The position numbers and the translations under genes are program-made. From positions 124,001 through 188,000 of the forward strand of contig OZ218957.1 in assembly GCA_965112735.1 (NCBI GenBank): DNA of 64,000 nucleotides. Direction: 5' to 3'. This DNA comes from Phaeosaccion multiseriatum. Its lineage: Eukaryota; Protista; Ochrophyta, other classes. The notes below the pieces were generated by a model that was not told the DNA's origin, made no database searches, and was given only the letters and a program-made list of their open reading frames with translations. This document shows, piece after piece, positions 28,301 through 39,800 of this stretch. Each line of letters starts with the position of its first letter. The stretch's first letter is position 1.

Positions 28301-31300
28301 CCCATCCCTCTCACCCCTCCTCCCACCCCACCTCCCACACCGGCCCCCATCCTTCTCACCCCTCCTTCCACCTTCCCTCCCACACCGGCCCCCATCCTTC
28401 TCACCCCTCCTCCCACACTACCTCCCACACCGGCCCCCATCCCTCCTCCCACCCTACCTCCCACACCGGCCCCCATCCTTCTCACCCCTCCTCCCACACT
28501 ACCTCCCACACCAGCCCCCATCCTTCTCACCCCTCCTTCCACCTTCCCTCCCACACCGGCCCCCATCCTTCTCACCCCTCCTCCCACACTACCTCCCACA
28601 CCGGCCCCCATCCTTCTAATCCCTCCTGCCACCCTACCTCCCACACCGGCCCCCATCCTTCTCACCCCTCCTTCCACCTTCCCTCCCACACCGGCCCCCA
28701 TCCTTCTCACCCCTCCTCCCACACTACCTCCCACACCAGCCCCCATCCCTCCTCCCACCCTACCTCTCACACCGGCCCCCATCCTTCTCACCCCTCCTCC
28801 CACACCAGCCCCCATCCCTCTCACTCCTTCTCCCACACCGGCCCCCATTCCTCTCACTCCTTCTCCCACACCGGCCCCCATCCTTCTCACCCCTCCTTCC
28901 ACCTTCCCTCCCACACCGGCCCCCATCCTTCTCACCCCTCCTCCCACACTACCTCCCACACCAGCCCCCATCCCTCCTCCCACCCTACCTCCCACATCGG
29001 CCCCCATCCCTCTCACCCCTCCTCCCACCCCACCTCCCACACCGGCCCCCATCCTTCTCACCCCTCCTTCCACCTTCCCTCCCACACCGGCCCCCATCCT
29101 TCTCACCCCTCCTCCCACACTACCTCCCACACCAGCCCCCATCCCTCCTCCCACCCTACCTCCCACACCGGCCCCCATCCCTCTCACTCCTTCTTCCACC
29201 CTCCCTCCCACACCGGCCCCCATCCCTCTCACCCCTCCTCCCGCCCCACCTCCCACACCGGCCCCCATCCCTCTCACTCCTTCTTCCACACCGGCCCCCA
29301 TCCTTCTCACCCCTCCTTCCACCTTCCCTCCCACACCGGCCCCCATCCTTCTCACCCCTCCTCCCACCCTACCTCCCACACCGGCCCCCATCCTTCTAAT
29401 CCCTCCTGCCACCCCACCTCCCACACCGGCCCCCATCCCTCTAATCCCTCCTTCCACCTCTCCTCCCACACCAGCCCCCATCCCTCTCACCCCTCCTCCC
29501 ACACCGGCCCCCATTCCTCTCACTCCTCCTCCCACACCGGCCCCCGCTCCAATCATTCTCACCACTCCCCCTATCGATCCGCCGACTCCCAGCCCCGCAC
29601 TACCCCCTAGCTTACCTTCGTTACCACCTCCCACTTCACCCCCTTCGTCGCCACCCACCCCTCCCCCGGTTGCTGAAGACACCGATCCGCCTGTAGCTGT
29701 GGTGACACCTGCTCCTGTTATCGAGACATCACCTCCAACTGCGACGGACGCACCTGTGGCTGCGACCCTTCCGCCAACAGCGACACCAACAGCACCTCCA
29801 ACGCCAGCACCAATTCCAGGCACGGCTGCACCCACGTCCCCTCCAACGTCCCCTCCAACGTCCTCTCCCACGCCCTCTCCCATTCTTCTCACCTCTCCAC
29901 CCACACCGGCCCCCATCCCTCTCACTCCTTCTCCCACACCGGCCCCCATCTCTCTAATCCCTCCTCCCACCTTCCCTCCCACACCGGCCCCCATCCCTCT
30001 CACTCCTTCTCCCACACCGGCCCCCATCCCTCTCACCCCTCCTTCTCCCACCTTCCCTCCCACACCGGCCCCCATCCCTCTCACTCCTTCTCCCACACCA
30101 GCCCCCATCCCTCTCACCTCTCCTCCTACCCTACCTCCCACACCAGCCCCCACCCCTCTCACTCCTTCTCCCACACCGGCCCCCATCCCTCTCACCCCTC
30201 CTTCTCCCACCTTCCTTCCCACACCGGCCCCCACCCCTCTCACTCCTTCTCCCACACCGGGCCCCATCCCTCTCACCCCTCCTTCCACCTTCCCTCCCAC
30301 ACCGGCCCCCACCCCTCTCACTCCTTCTCCCACACCGGCCCCCACCCCTCTCGAGACTGCTCCTCCTTCACCCACTCCATCGACACCTGAGACTGCTCCT
30401 CCTTCTCCCACTCCATCGACACCTGAGACTGCTCCTCCTTCTCCTGCTCCATCGACACCTGAGACTGCTCCTCCTTCACCCACTCCGTCGACACCGGAGA
30501 CTGCTCCTCCTTCTCCCACTCCATCGACACCTGAGACTGCTCCTCCTTCTCCTGCTCCTGCTCCCTTTGCAGAGACAGGGACGCCTCTGGGGACCCCTGC
30601 CCCTGCGGATGGGACAGAAGCTCCTCCTCCGTCTGATGGGACAGAAGCTCCTTCTCCGTCTGATGGTGGCGTGACTGAAGCTCCTTCTCCGGCTGATCGT
30701 GGCGTGACTGAAGCCCCTGCGGGCTGCACGGAGAAGACAGATTCCATCACTTCGCCAGATGGTGAGTGAGTGAGTGATTGAGTCTCTCTCTCTCTGTGTA
30801 TGTGTCCCCTGTCTGCCTACCTGCCTGGCTGCCTGCTTGCCTTCCTCCTTCCTCACGCTGTCACCCCCCCCCCCCCCCCCCCCCATCCACTGCCATCCCG
30901 TGCCGCCCCGTGTGCCTGTGAATGAATGTGAATGTGCAACACGTGTGGTTGTGGCACTCGCTCACAGAGGAGGACGAGGGCTTTATGTACGGCTGCTGCG
31001 GAACGGTGCTGGACCCGTCCACCGGCGAAGTGGTGCCCGTGAGGAGCAGCACCACCCTCATCCTCCGCAAGGTGCAGTTCTTAGACGCCGCTCAGACGGA
31101 GTACGACGTCTTGGCCGAGTATGACGCCACCGCTGCGGGTGTTTTCGGGTGTGCGGTGGATGCGGAGGTGGACAACGACGGCAACTTAGTCGTGCTGGGC
31201 GTGTCGGTGCCTGAGCCCGGGGTGCCCACTGTGGCGCCGACTGTGGAGACGACAACAGATGGAGAAGACGGAGGTGGAAGGCGGCGACGAGGCCTTCAGA

Positions 31301-34300
31301 CGGACGAAACAGACGAGACGGACGAAACAGACGAAACGGACGGAACCAAGACGTTCCTGCTGTACGTCAACCCTTCCAACTTCTCTGACACTTGCGAGGT
31401 AGAAGGCAGCGAAGGGGGCGGAGCGGGCGGAGGGGTCAGTATCGTGCAGCAGAGGGACGACGAACTCCTGGTGCGTGTCGTGTACAGCGACGCCCCAGCG
31501 CAAAACATCACTATAACTAAGGGTGGTTGTGCGGGCACGAGTTCCATTCCAACAGTAGACCTACGTGTGGACAAGCTCTACTTAGACGGACACGACTCCG
31601 GGATGGTCGTGGGCTCCGTGGTGGCGGTGGGGGTGGTACTGGTGGCCCTGGCGGGCGTGTTTGGCGTCGTGGGAGCTACGGCCACCTCGAGAGGGCCGCA
31701 GCCGTCAGCGAAGAGCCCCAGCTCGGCGAGGTGAGTGTGTGTGCGTGCGTGTGAGTATATGTGTATGTGGTGTGTGTGTGCGTGTGTGTGCCTACCTGTT
31801 TGTGCTTGTGTGTGCGCATGTGCGTTCTTCCTGACCCTGCCCCTACCTCCCGTCCTCTTGCCTATCCTTCCCCTCTCCCCATATGCTTCTAACTCCTCCC
31901 CTCCCTTCAGTGCCAAGGTGATGATTCAGCACGTGCAGGGCCTTGCCCTCCTCGCCTTCGCCGTGCCCGCAGAGAGGAGGTTCTCCGAGTTCGCCAGGGC
32001 CCTCTCCTGGACCAATCTGTGGTGGACAGTGGACTTCCTGGACGACAACGAGGACGCGGGGATTGGAGCGGATGATGTGGATGATGGGTTGAGGGATGTC
32101 TCTGGGGAAGGGGAGGACTCGTGCGGCGGGCAAGAGACCGTGAAACGCTTCGTCGGAAACCTCCTCCTGGCGGGGGGGCTCGTGCTCATCATGGTGAGTG
32201 ATTGGTGTCAGGACAAAGAGAGAGAGAGAGAGAGAGTCAGAACAGGAGCCTAACCCTCCTCCTCCTCGTCCTCTTCGTCCTAGGTGCTGCTGAACCTCGT
32301 GCTGGGCAGTTACATTGAGGCCAAATGGCACGCTCGAGAGAGGGCCAAGCTCGAATGGCGAGTGGCGCAGAGGGTGGGCATCACACGCGGGGCTGACATT
32401 CGAATGCACCTGACCCCCAGCCCCAAGGCGGCGTCGAGGGAGGGAGACCCCACCGTTCCCTCCCCCCCTCGATCAGAGTCGCTCATCCACAGGCCCTCAG
32501 TCACCTCCCTCCCGGCAGCGAGGTCTGAGTCCCTCTCCCTATCCTCTCGAGCGGCGTCAGCGGCCCTCGGAGTGGCATATAGGGATGAGCTCCGAGCGGC
32601 GGCGGAGTGGGACAGGGCGCAATGGAAGGAAGACAAGGTAAGGTGATCCTGTGTGAACGAACCTGACCCTGACCCTGACCCTGACCCTTACCCTTACCCT
32701 TACTCTGACGGTCCTGACCCACACCCACACCCTGACCCTGACCCTGATCCGTAACCCCACCCTCAGGCCAATCGGGGGCTGCCTGCCAAGGTGCCAAGCT
32801 TCTACCGGGTCAGTGGCGTCATCGAGCAGCCGCAAAATCATCATCTGCAGCAGCAGTATCAGCAGCAGCATGGTCGCGGGCGTGGGATTGAGGCGTGTGA
32901 GAGCAACAGCAGTGTGGGTGGCATGGCGGACCCAATCGTGTTCAACACGGCGGCGTTTGGTGGGCAACCTGAACCGCCCGAGACCCCCAAGTTCTGGACG
33001 TACTACCCGCACGTGCTGCTCGTGGTGATGGTGTTTATCTTGGAGGGCACTTCGCTGGCAGAGATGGGGGTAATGACCTCAAACTGCGACTGGGCGGTGG
33101 CCGTGGGGGTGCTGACCTTCCTCCTGCTGCCCTGCCTCATTGCACTGTACTGTGGGGGGTTTGTGGTAAAGCTGCTCCGGCAGAAGAGCGACTCCGCCCA
33201 CCAACTCGTGTTTGTGCGGTACGAAGACGAAGAGGAGGAGGGGGAGGGGAACGACGCTGCAGAGGGCGACGGCTCTTCTCGCCAAGTGAAGAACCAAAAG
33301 GTGGGGGTGTGGGAAAAGGTGAAGAGGTCCATGTCGGCAACGTTCTTCGAGGAGGAGCGCTTCTTGTCCTGCTTCGACACGGGTGAGTGAGTGAGTCCGT
33401 GGGGGTGTGTGAGTGAGTGAGGCAGTCAGTGGAGGTGTGTGAGTGAGTGAGTCAGTGAAGGTGTGTGAGTGAGTGAGTCAGTGGGGGTGTGTCTGAGTGA
33501 AGAACGGAGATGGAGAGGTGTGGAGAGAAGCTTTTTCGCGGCTGTGTGAAAAAGAAAAGGAACGTGCTAATATGACACCCCTCCTCTCTCCCTGCCGCCC
33601 CTCAGGAGCTTGGATGACGGTGTACTGCAATGAACCGGGACTCCTCGCGGCCGCTTCCGAGCAGCACCAACATAATCTACGCCGTGAGCAAAGGGAGGGA
33701 AGCGCTTTGGAAGTGTCGGCCCAGCGCGCTCTGAAGGTCAGAAAGAGGGTGGCAGAGGCAGAGCTTCTGCGCATCGGCAACGAGCCCATATACGCGGACT
33801 TCACAGATACCGGCCTGTACTACGCACTCTTCCTCTACGCCGAGATCCTAGCCCTGGCATCTGTGGCGGCCTTCGTGCCCGACGAGACGACGCAGCTCAT
33901 CATCTTCCTTGCTTTCACGGCTGTGAACTTGCTGTTCGTGGTTTTTGTTCGGCCGTTCTGTAACTCGGAGCTGAACCTGGTGGCCGGTGTGGGCGCGGGT
34001 GTGAACCTGTTGATGCTGGCGCTGCTGCTGACCATGCAGTTCGACGGTTACGCGGGGGGCGAGTTCGAGAGGAGGGCCACAAACGCCATCTTCGTCATGC
34101 AGGTGGGTGTCAAGTCAGTACAGTACCTAGTGTCAGGCAGGCCTGGTGTCAGTCAGTGCCTTGTCTTAATCAGTCTCTGGTTTCAGTCAGTACCTGGTGT
34201 CAGTACAGTACCTGGTGTCACCCAGGTTGTCGGTGGGCTTTTCGGTGAGGAGGGAGGTGAAGGCCATGGTGCTGCTGCCTGAGTAGTGCAGGGAAGAGAA

Positions 34301-35109
34301 GAGTGGGGGCTCTGTCCCTGACTGTGCCCCCCTCCCTTCCCTTCCCCTCTCCCCTCCCTTCCCCTCCCTTCCCGTCCCCTCTCTCCTTCCCTTCCCTCTG
34401 TCTGCAGATCGTGTTCCTCGTGACGGTTTCGCTGCCCCTGTACTTCGACGCCCTCCTGGGGCTGTGGCAGGCCGCCCTCTCGGCCTGGAGGTCCGACGAC
34501 GACGAGGACGAGGCAGGAGTATCAATGACGGCCAAGAGCGGTAAGGACGTTGAGACGGTAGACAATCACGACGTGGCGACCCTCCGGCAGCTGCGCAGGG
34601 AGGACAGGCAGGTGTTCCTGAACAAGCGGACGAGGGAGAACTGGAAGGCAGTCTACGGCAAGATGTTTAGGAAAAACTTCCTCCACTTCAAGGAGTGCCT
34701 CCGCTTGCCTCTGAAGAACCCGAGCCTGGCCACGCGTGGAGAGGGAGCCGAGATGGCAGCAGATGCCTCCGCGGTAGGAAGCCTCATGAGCGAGTTGGAC
34801 CCTAGGCCTCTAAGCAGCATCGGCAGCCTCAGCAGCAGCGGGAGCGTCAGCAGCAGCACCAAGAGCAGCAAGTTCATAGAGAACAGCGAAGTGCAATACG
34901 ACTTTGGCGGTTCGATTCGCTCGAATGGAAGCATCGATTCGCAGGCCTGGCCGGTGTACCCGAGGGGGGCGGGGGAGGGGGACGTGCCAAACCCGAACCC
35001 TACCGCCGCCGCTGGAGCCGCTGCTGCCCCTGGAGTGACGGGGCAGGACATCCAACCTGCTTCAGGAGCGGTCACCTGGGAAAGCCTCATCACCGACCGC
35101 CGGGTGTAG
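22378..35109 (+). CDS. Modular cell-surface receptor A: signal peptide, [knottin-like + 8-Cys domain] x2, ~1500-aa Pro/Thr stalk, juxtamembrane domain, ~9-TM FLC/Pkd2 (fungal TRP-like) domain. Exons 22378-22453, 22667-22695, 23021-23191, 23449-23478, 23723-23785, 23893-24273, 24510-24545, 24683-24847, 25090-25125, 25445-25813, 26020-26172, 26282-26449, 26531-30761, 30968-31730, 31911-32193, 32284-32637, 32767-33382, 33606-34102, 34408-35109
   Basis: Signal peptide [24 protein letters not shown]; frame-consistent GT-AG exons; membrane motifs [11 protein letters not shown]...[10 protein letters not shown] and Q.IIFL...[13 protein letters not shown] typical of the PF06011-like family. Confidence 0.8.
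26531..30600 (+). repeat. Coding minisatellite array ([10 protein letters not shown]-type, PVAETEPPT-type and TPETAPPSP-type units) with an internal ~450-bp near-perfect duplication (~27245-27690 vs ~29530-29990)
   Basis: Direct reading of DNA and of ORF 26450..30769. Confidence 0.95.
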
Positions 35110-35248
35110 CGGTTGAAGCGGGTGTAGCGGGGCGGTGTGTGAACCCTGCGGTGTGTGTGTGTGTCCCGGGGAGGACGTGTGTGTGTGTTTCCCTCCCGGG
35201 TGTGTGTGTGTGTGTGTCCCCAGGGTGTGTGTGTGTGTGTGTATGTAT

Positions 35249-35645
35249 TCAGAGCAGCGTCGGCTCCTTCGCCTCGGCAGCGCTCTCCGACTCGCCTCAA
35301 ACGACGAGCAGCATCATCAGCACAGTAGTAGGAGCAGCAGTATCAGCAGCAGTGGTCACCCCGGGCCCACAATCGGCATCAGCGATGGGACCGACCGGCC
35401 AGCACCACTTCTACCCGCCCGCACTCGAGCGTGCCCGGGCCCGTGCTTACGCTCCTGCTGCTGACCTGAGCAGCTCGAGTACTGGTGCCGCTGCTGCCAG
35501 CGCTACTGGGCGCCACTTACCGACCACCTTTTCCATTCGGAGGGCGGCGAGGAGAGCACACGTCAAGCGGCCGGTTACCCACTCCAGCCCCACTCGGACT
35601 AGAGGACGGCAGCAGCGGCAGCGGGGAGGGTGCCCGAATAGCTGG
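35249..35645 (+). pseudogene. Degenerate duplicated fragment of the last exon of the cNMP gene (homologous to ~20493-21200)
   Basis: Shared blocks cggctccttcgcctcgg...ccgactcgcctca...acgacgagcagcatca and gctgctgacctgagcagctcga.tactggtgccgctgctgccag, with deletions and frameshifts. Confidence 0.8.
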
Positions 35646-35783
35646 TAAGGTCAGCGACCAGCCCATATCATTTTTGGAGCGATGGGACTAGAGTGAGATA
35701 GAGATAGAGGTGTATAGGTAGAGAGATGGTTCTTGTTGGTAGGGGGAGGAATGTTCGTGTTACGTTGCTTGGAAGTGTCGTAC

Positions 35784-35903
35784 TCGACCCCTGACACGCT
35801 ATCCGCTGTCCGCTATCCGCTATCGGCCGATAGCGCGCTGTCGGGGGCGGGGGGGGGGGATAGCGCGCTATCGCGAATGTGGGCGATAGCGCGTCAGGGG
35901 TCG
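35784..35903. mobile_element. ~120-bp inverted-repeat element (MITE-like); arms TCGACCCCTGACRCGCTATC / GATAGCGCGTCAGGGGTCGA
   Basis: 20-bp inverted repeats with one mismatch and internal GCTATC/GATAGC repeats; a related sequence lies at 58713-58806. Confidence 0.55.
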
Positions 35904-36886
35904 ATATCGTACTGTAGCAGTTTTTCACTTGGGAGTTGAAAGTTGAAAGTTTTGCTGCAACACAGCCTGTTTCCCAATCCCCGCTCCTCACCTCACGGCA
36001 CCGCTCCACGGGCCCTTCTCGAATCATTCGGATCGTTCTTGGCCCCTCCTCGCGGAAATCTGATTGAGGATCATGATCCGACGGCGACAAGAAAATTGCT
36101 CCCGTTGCTGGTGGATCGCCACTAAAAAAAGTGAAAAAGCGACTGCCCAAGCCCCCCTTGAAGCAATGAGGGCAACTTCAGAGCCTCACATACAGAAGGG
36201 CATATCTCTGAGAGGAAGGAGTGAGAGAAGGAACAGCAGCAACCACAGAGGAGGAGAGCAAAGTAGCAGAGAAGGGCAGAACGAAGAGGGGAGGGTGGGC
36301 GATGGCGATGGATGGCAATGGAGCAGCACGGGGTTAGGGCAAGAAGGATTGTTTCCCTGTTGCCGGCACCGAAAAGCTTTAAGATACCCCAGCTGCTCCC
36401 CCTGTTCGTTGTGGCCTTGTCTTCTGCGGCCACCATGATCTCTTTCTTCAAGCTGCACTCACTTGGCAGTGCGGTTGTGGTGCCTCTGGTCATTGCGGCA
36501 TCCTCATCACGTGGGGATACGCCGCTGCCACTCGTTGTGGCGGTGGGCATGCTGGCGCTAGCCGGGGCAGCACTGCTGGGCGTCGTGGCTGCTGTGCGCG
36601 ACCCAAAGAAGGTGGGGCTGTGTGGAATGCCTGACACTCTGACCTGGTTGCGCCTCTCTCTCCGTAGCTCGGGCCTTGCTTGACGCGGTTGTTGCACCCC
36701 TCCCACCCGCTATCATTGCATGGCCCCACATGCCATTCCTCTCTTGTTCGCGGCCAACAGGCTTGGCTGTGCTCCTCCTAACTCTCCGCTGACCTTCCTC
36801 TTTTCCTCTCGGCCGCACCTCGTCCTCAGGGGCCTGGGTCTGCTCTGGAGGATGACTGCAGTTCTCCGTTCCACATTAGTAGAAAG

Positions 36887-39800
36887 ATGAAGGTGCAGCT
36901 GCTCTCCATGCTTTGTGCCTTACTACTACCTGCGCATCTCGTCCAGGGACAAGGTAAGAGAGTACTAAGATGGCAACCCATGGCGGACAAGCCAAGGAGC
37001 GCATTGAACAGGAACGGAAGGGTACAGTGGGAGTGGAGGAGGAGGAGGAGGAGTAGTAGTAGTAGCAGCAGCAGCAGCAGCGATGGTCCGTGTGCTTCGT
37101 CGGTGTTTCACTCTGTTTTGGGGAGCGAGGGGCGGGGGTGGAATTCGAATGCAAGTCTAGCAGACTATGAGGTGAGGGTGGATCGATCCATCATGTAGCG
37201 TGCCCGCAGGAGCACCCACCACACACGCACAAGCGTACCCTAACTGATGCCAGCCCCACGTTTCGCTTCATGGCACGCCTTCCCCACACCGGCACCGGCA
37301 CCGGCACCCACACAATAGGGAGTCCGACACCCACCCCAGCCGCGGTAAGGAATGGTACAAGCAGTTGGTGGTACAAGCAGTTGCATTGATTCTAGCTACT
37401 TTCTTGCACCTTCCTTGTAATGGCTTCTCACACTCGTCCACGTCCCTGCGTATTACTTGTGTATTTCGTTGGCTCATGCCGTATGCCATCTGTGCCCTAC
37501 CTGCTCCTCCCGTCCCTACCTGCAGGCAGCTACATGTGCAATAATCGACAACTTCCTTTACTTGTCGGACGAGGAGCTGTTCAACGTGTTCGAAGGTCCC
37601 GACAGCAGGATTGGCGACTACTGCCATATCCGGTACATCCCAGGCCGCGTGGCTGCTTGCAACTACTATGTCGTCGCTGCCCCGAGCACCATCACTGACT
37701 TCGTCGGCTGGCCCCGTACTAGCCTTGGCGACGCAGGGACCGGCTGTGTGTATGAGGGTGTGGAGGGCCCGACCAAGTGCTTCGTCAACGAGCCGAGCTA
37801 CGATCTCTCGCCAGAGCAGCGCTTGGACATGTGCTCGGAAGATGTCGTGGGTAATGCCGCGGCTCAGTTGCGCCATGCCATTAACAGTGGGGCGTGCTGT
37901 GCCTCGACTTACGTACGTGCATGCATCTTTGTATGTTTGTGTGTATGTACGTGTGTATGTGCGTGTATGTGTGTATGTGTGTGTATGTGTGTTTGTGTGC
38001 ATGTGTGTATGTGTACGTGCCTGTGTCCACGGCGTCCACTCAGCTAACGTCCGTGTGTGTGTGTGTGTGCTTCGACTCAAGCACCAAGTGTCAGAGCTGC
38101 TGTGGGGCTTCGGACGGCACTGCTCAACGGCGCCACGGCCACCATTCCTATGCCCATCCACTGCCATCTGTGCCCCTCTTGACTAGGGCCTTTACCGCCC
38201 CCCCTCTGTCTCTTGCTCTCCTCGTGCTTCCTCACTACCTCAGACGCCTCCGCCCACCCCCCCACCCGCGCCCACAGCTGAGGTGTGTGGGGTGATCGGC
38301 AGCAGGTGCGAGAATACCTTTGACACAGGCTGCTGCCCGGGGCTGGAGTGCATGAATACCGATTTTGATGTCTCCAGTGATAACGAGGGGGACGATTTCT
38401 TTCTTCATCACTGCCAGGTAGGTGTGTGTGTGCGGAGCCGCAGACCCCGAGGATGTATCACCAACTGCTGCTGCTGTATCACCAACTGCTGTTGCTGCTC
38501 GGCGCTTATGAGTCCCACCCACCCATACCTCACCACGGCCCCTTCCACTGCCATCTAACCCTCAACCCTCTCGCCCCCTCTCTTCCTCTGTGCTCCTCGT
38601 GCCTCTCTTCCCGACTCACACTGGACCTTCAGGAGCCCACACCGACGGATGCGTGTAGGGACTTGGACAGTTTCTGCCGCGGTCAGAACGACTGCTGCCC
38701 GGGGCTGGAGTGCGTGCCTTTGCCGGGGGATGCTTTCTATTTTAGTTACGGTGATTTGGACGCCTACGGGTACTTTCATAATCACATCTGCGAGGTAGGT
38801 GTGTGTGAGTGTGTGTGTGTGTGCGGAGCCGCAGACACCGAGGATGTATCAACAACTGCTGGCGTTTGTGATTCCCACCCACCCATACCTCACCACGCCC
38901 CCTTCCACAGCCATCTATTAGCTCAACCCTCTCGCCCCCTCTCTTCCTCTGTGCTCCTCGTGCCTCTCTCTCTCTGCCTCACACAGGCCCCTCAGGAGCC
39001 CACACCGACGGATGCGTGTGGGGTCTTGGACAGTTTCTGCGACCCTCAGAACGACTGCTGCACGGGGCTGGAGTGCGTGCCTTTGCCGGGAAATTATTAC
39101 CATACTGGTAGTGATTTTGGTGATTTCGAGGGGTTATACTACGGGGAATACTACTATTACTTTAGTCATATCTGCCAGGTGTGTGTGTGTGCGGAGCCGC
39201 AGACACAGAGGATGTATCACCAACTGCTGCTGCTGCTACTGATGCTTGTGATTCCCACCCACCCATACCTCACCACGGCCCCTTCCACTGCCATCTATAA
39301 GCCTCAACCCTCTCGCCCCCTCTCTTCCTCTGTGCTCCTCGTGCCTCTCTCTCTCCAACTCACACTGGACCTTCAGGAGCCCACACCGACGGATGCGTGT
39401 GGGGACTTGGACAGTTTCTGCCGCGGTCAGGACGACTGCTGCACGGGGCTGGAGTGCGTGCCTTTGCCGGGGGATGATTACTATTTTAGTTATGGTGATT
39501 TGGACGGCTACGGGTGCTGTAATCATATGTGCCAGGTGTGTGTGTGTGTGAGTGGGTGTGTGTGGATGATGCTCGCCTTGGGCTGATGGGCCCCTTCTTC
39601 CTCTTAAATGTAGTGTAACTCACTCACTCACCTACACACTCATTCACTCGCTCGTTCGCGCACACAATCACTCACTCACGCACTCACTCGCTCGCTCGCT
39701 CGCTGACTCACTTCACTCACTCACTCACTCCACTCACTCACTCCCTCACTCACTCCGCCTTGAAGTGGTGATTCACGGGTTCGAGCTCTGCTGCCACTCC

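Noticed and set aside
26527-30750. 1407-aa Gly/Val-rich ORF on the - strand (also 39721-40636)
   Set aside because: Antisense shadow of the Pro/Thr repeat exon, which has no stops by composition; the splice signals support the + strand
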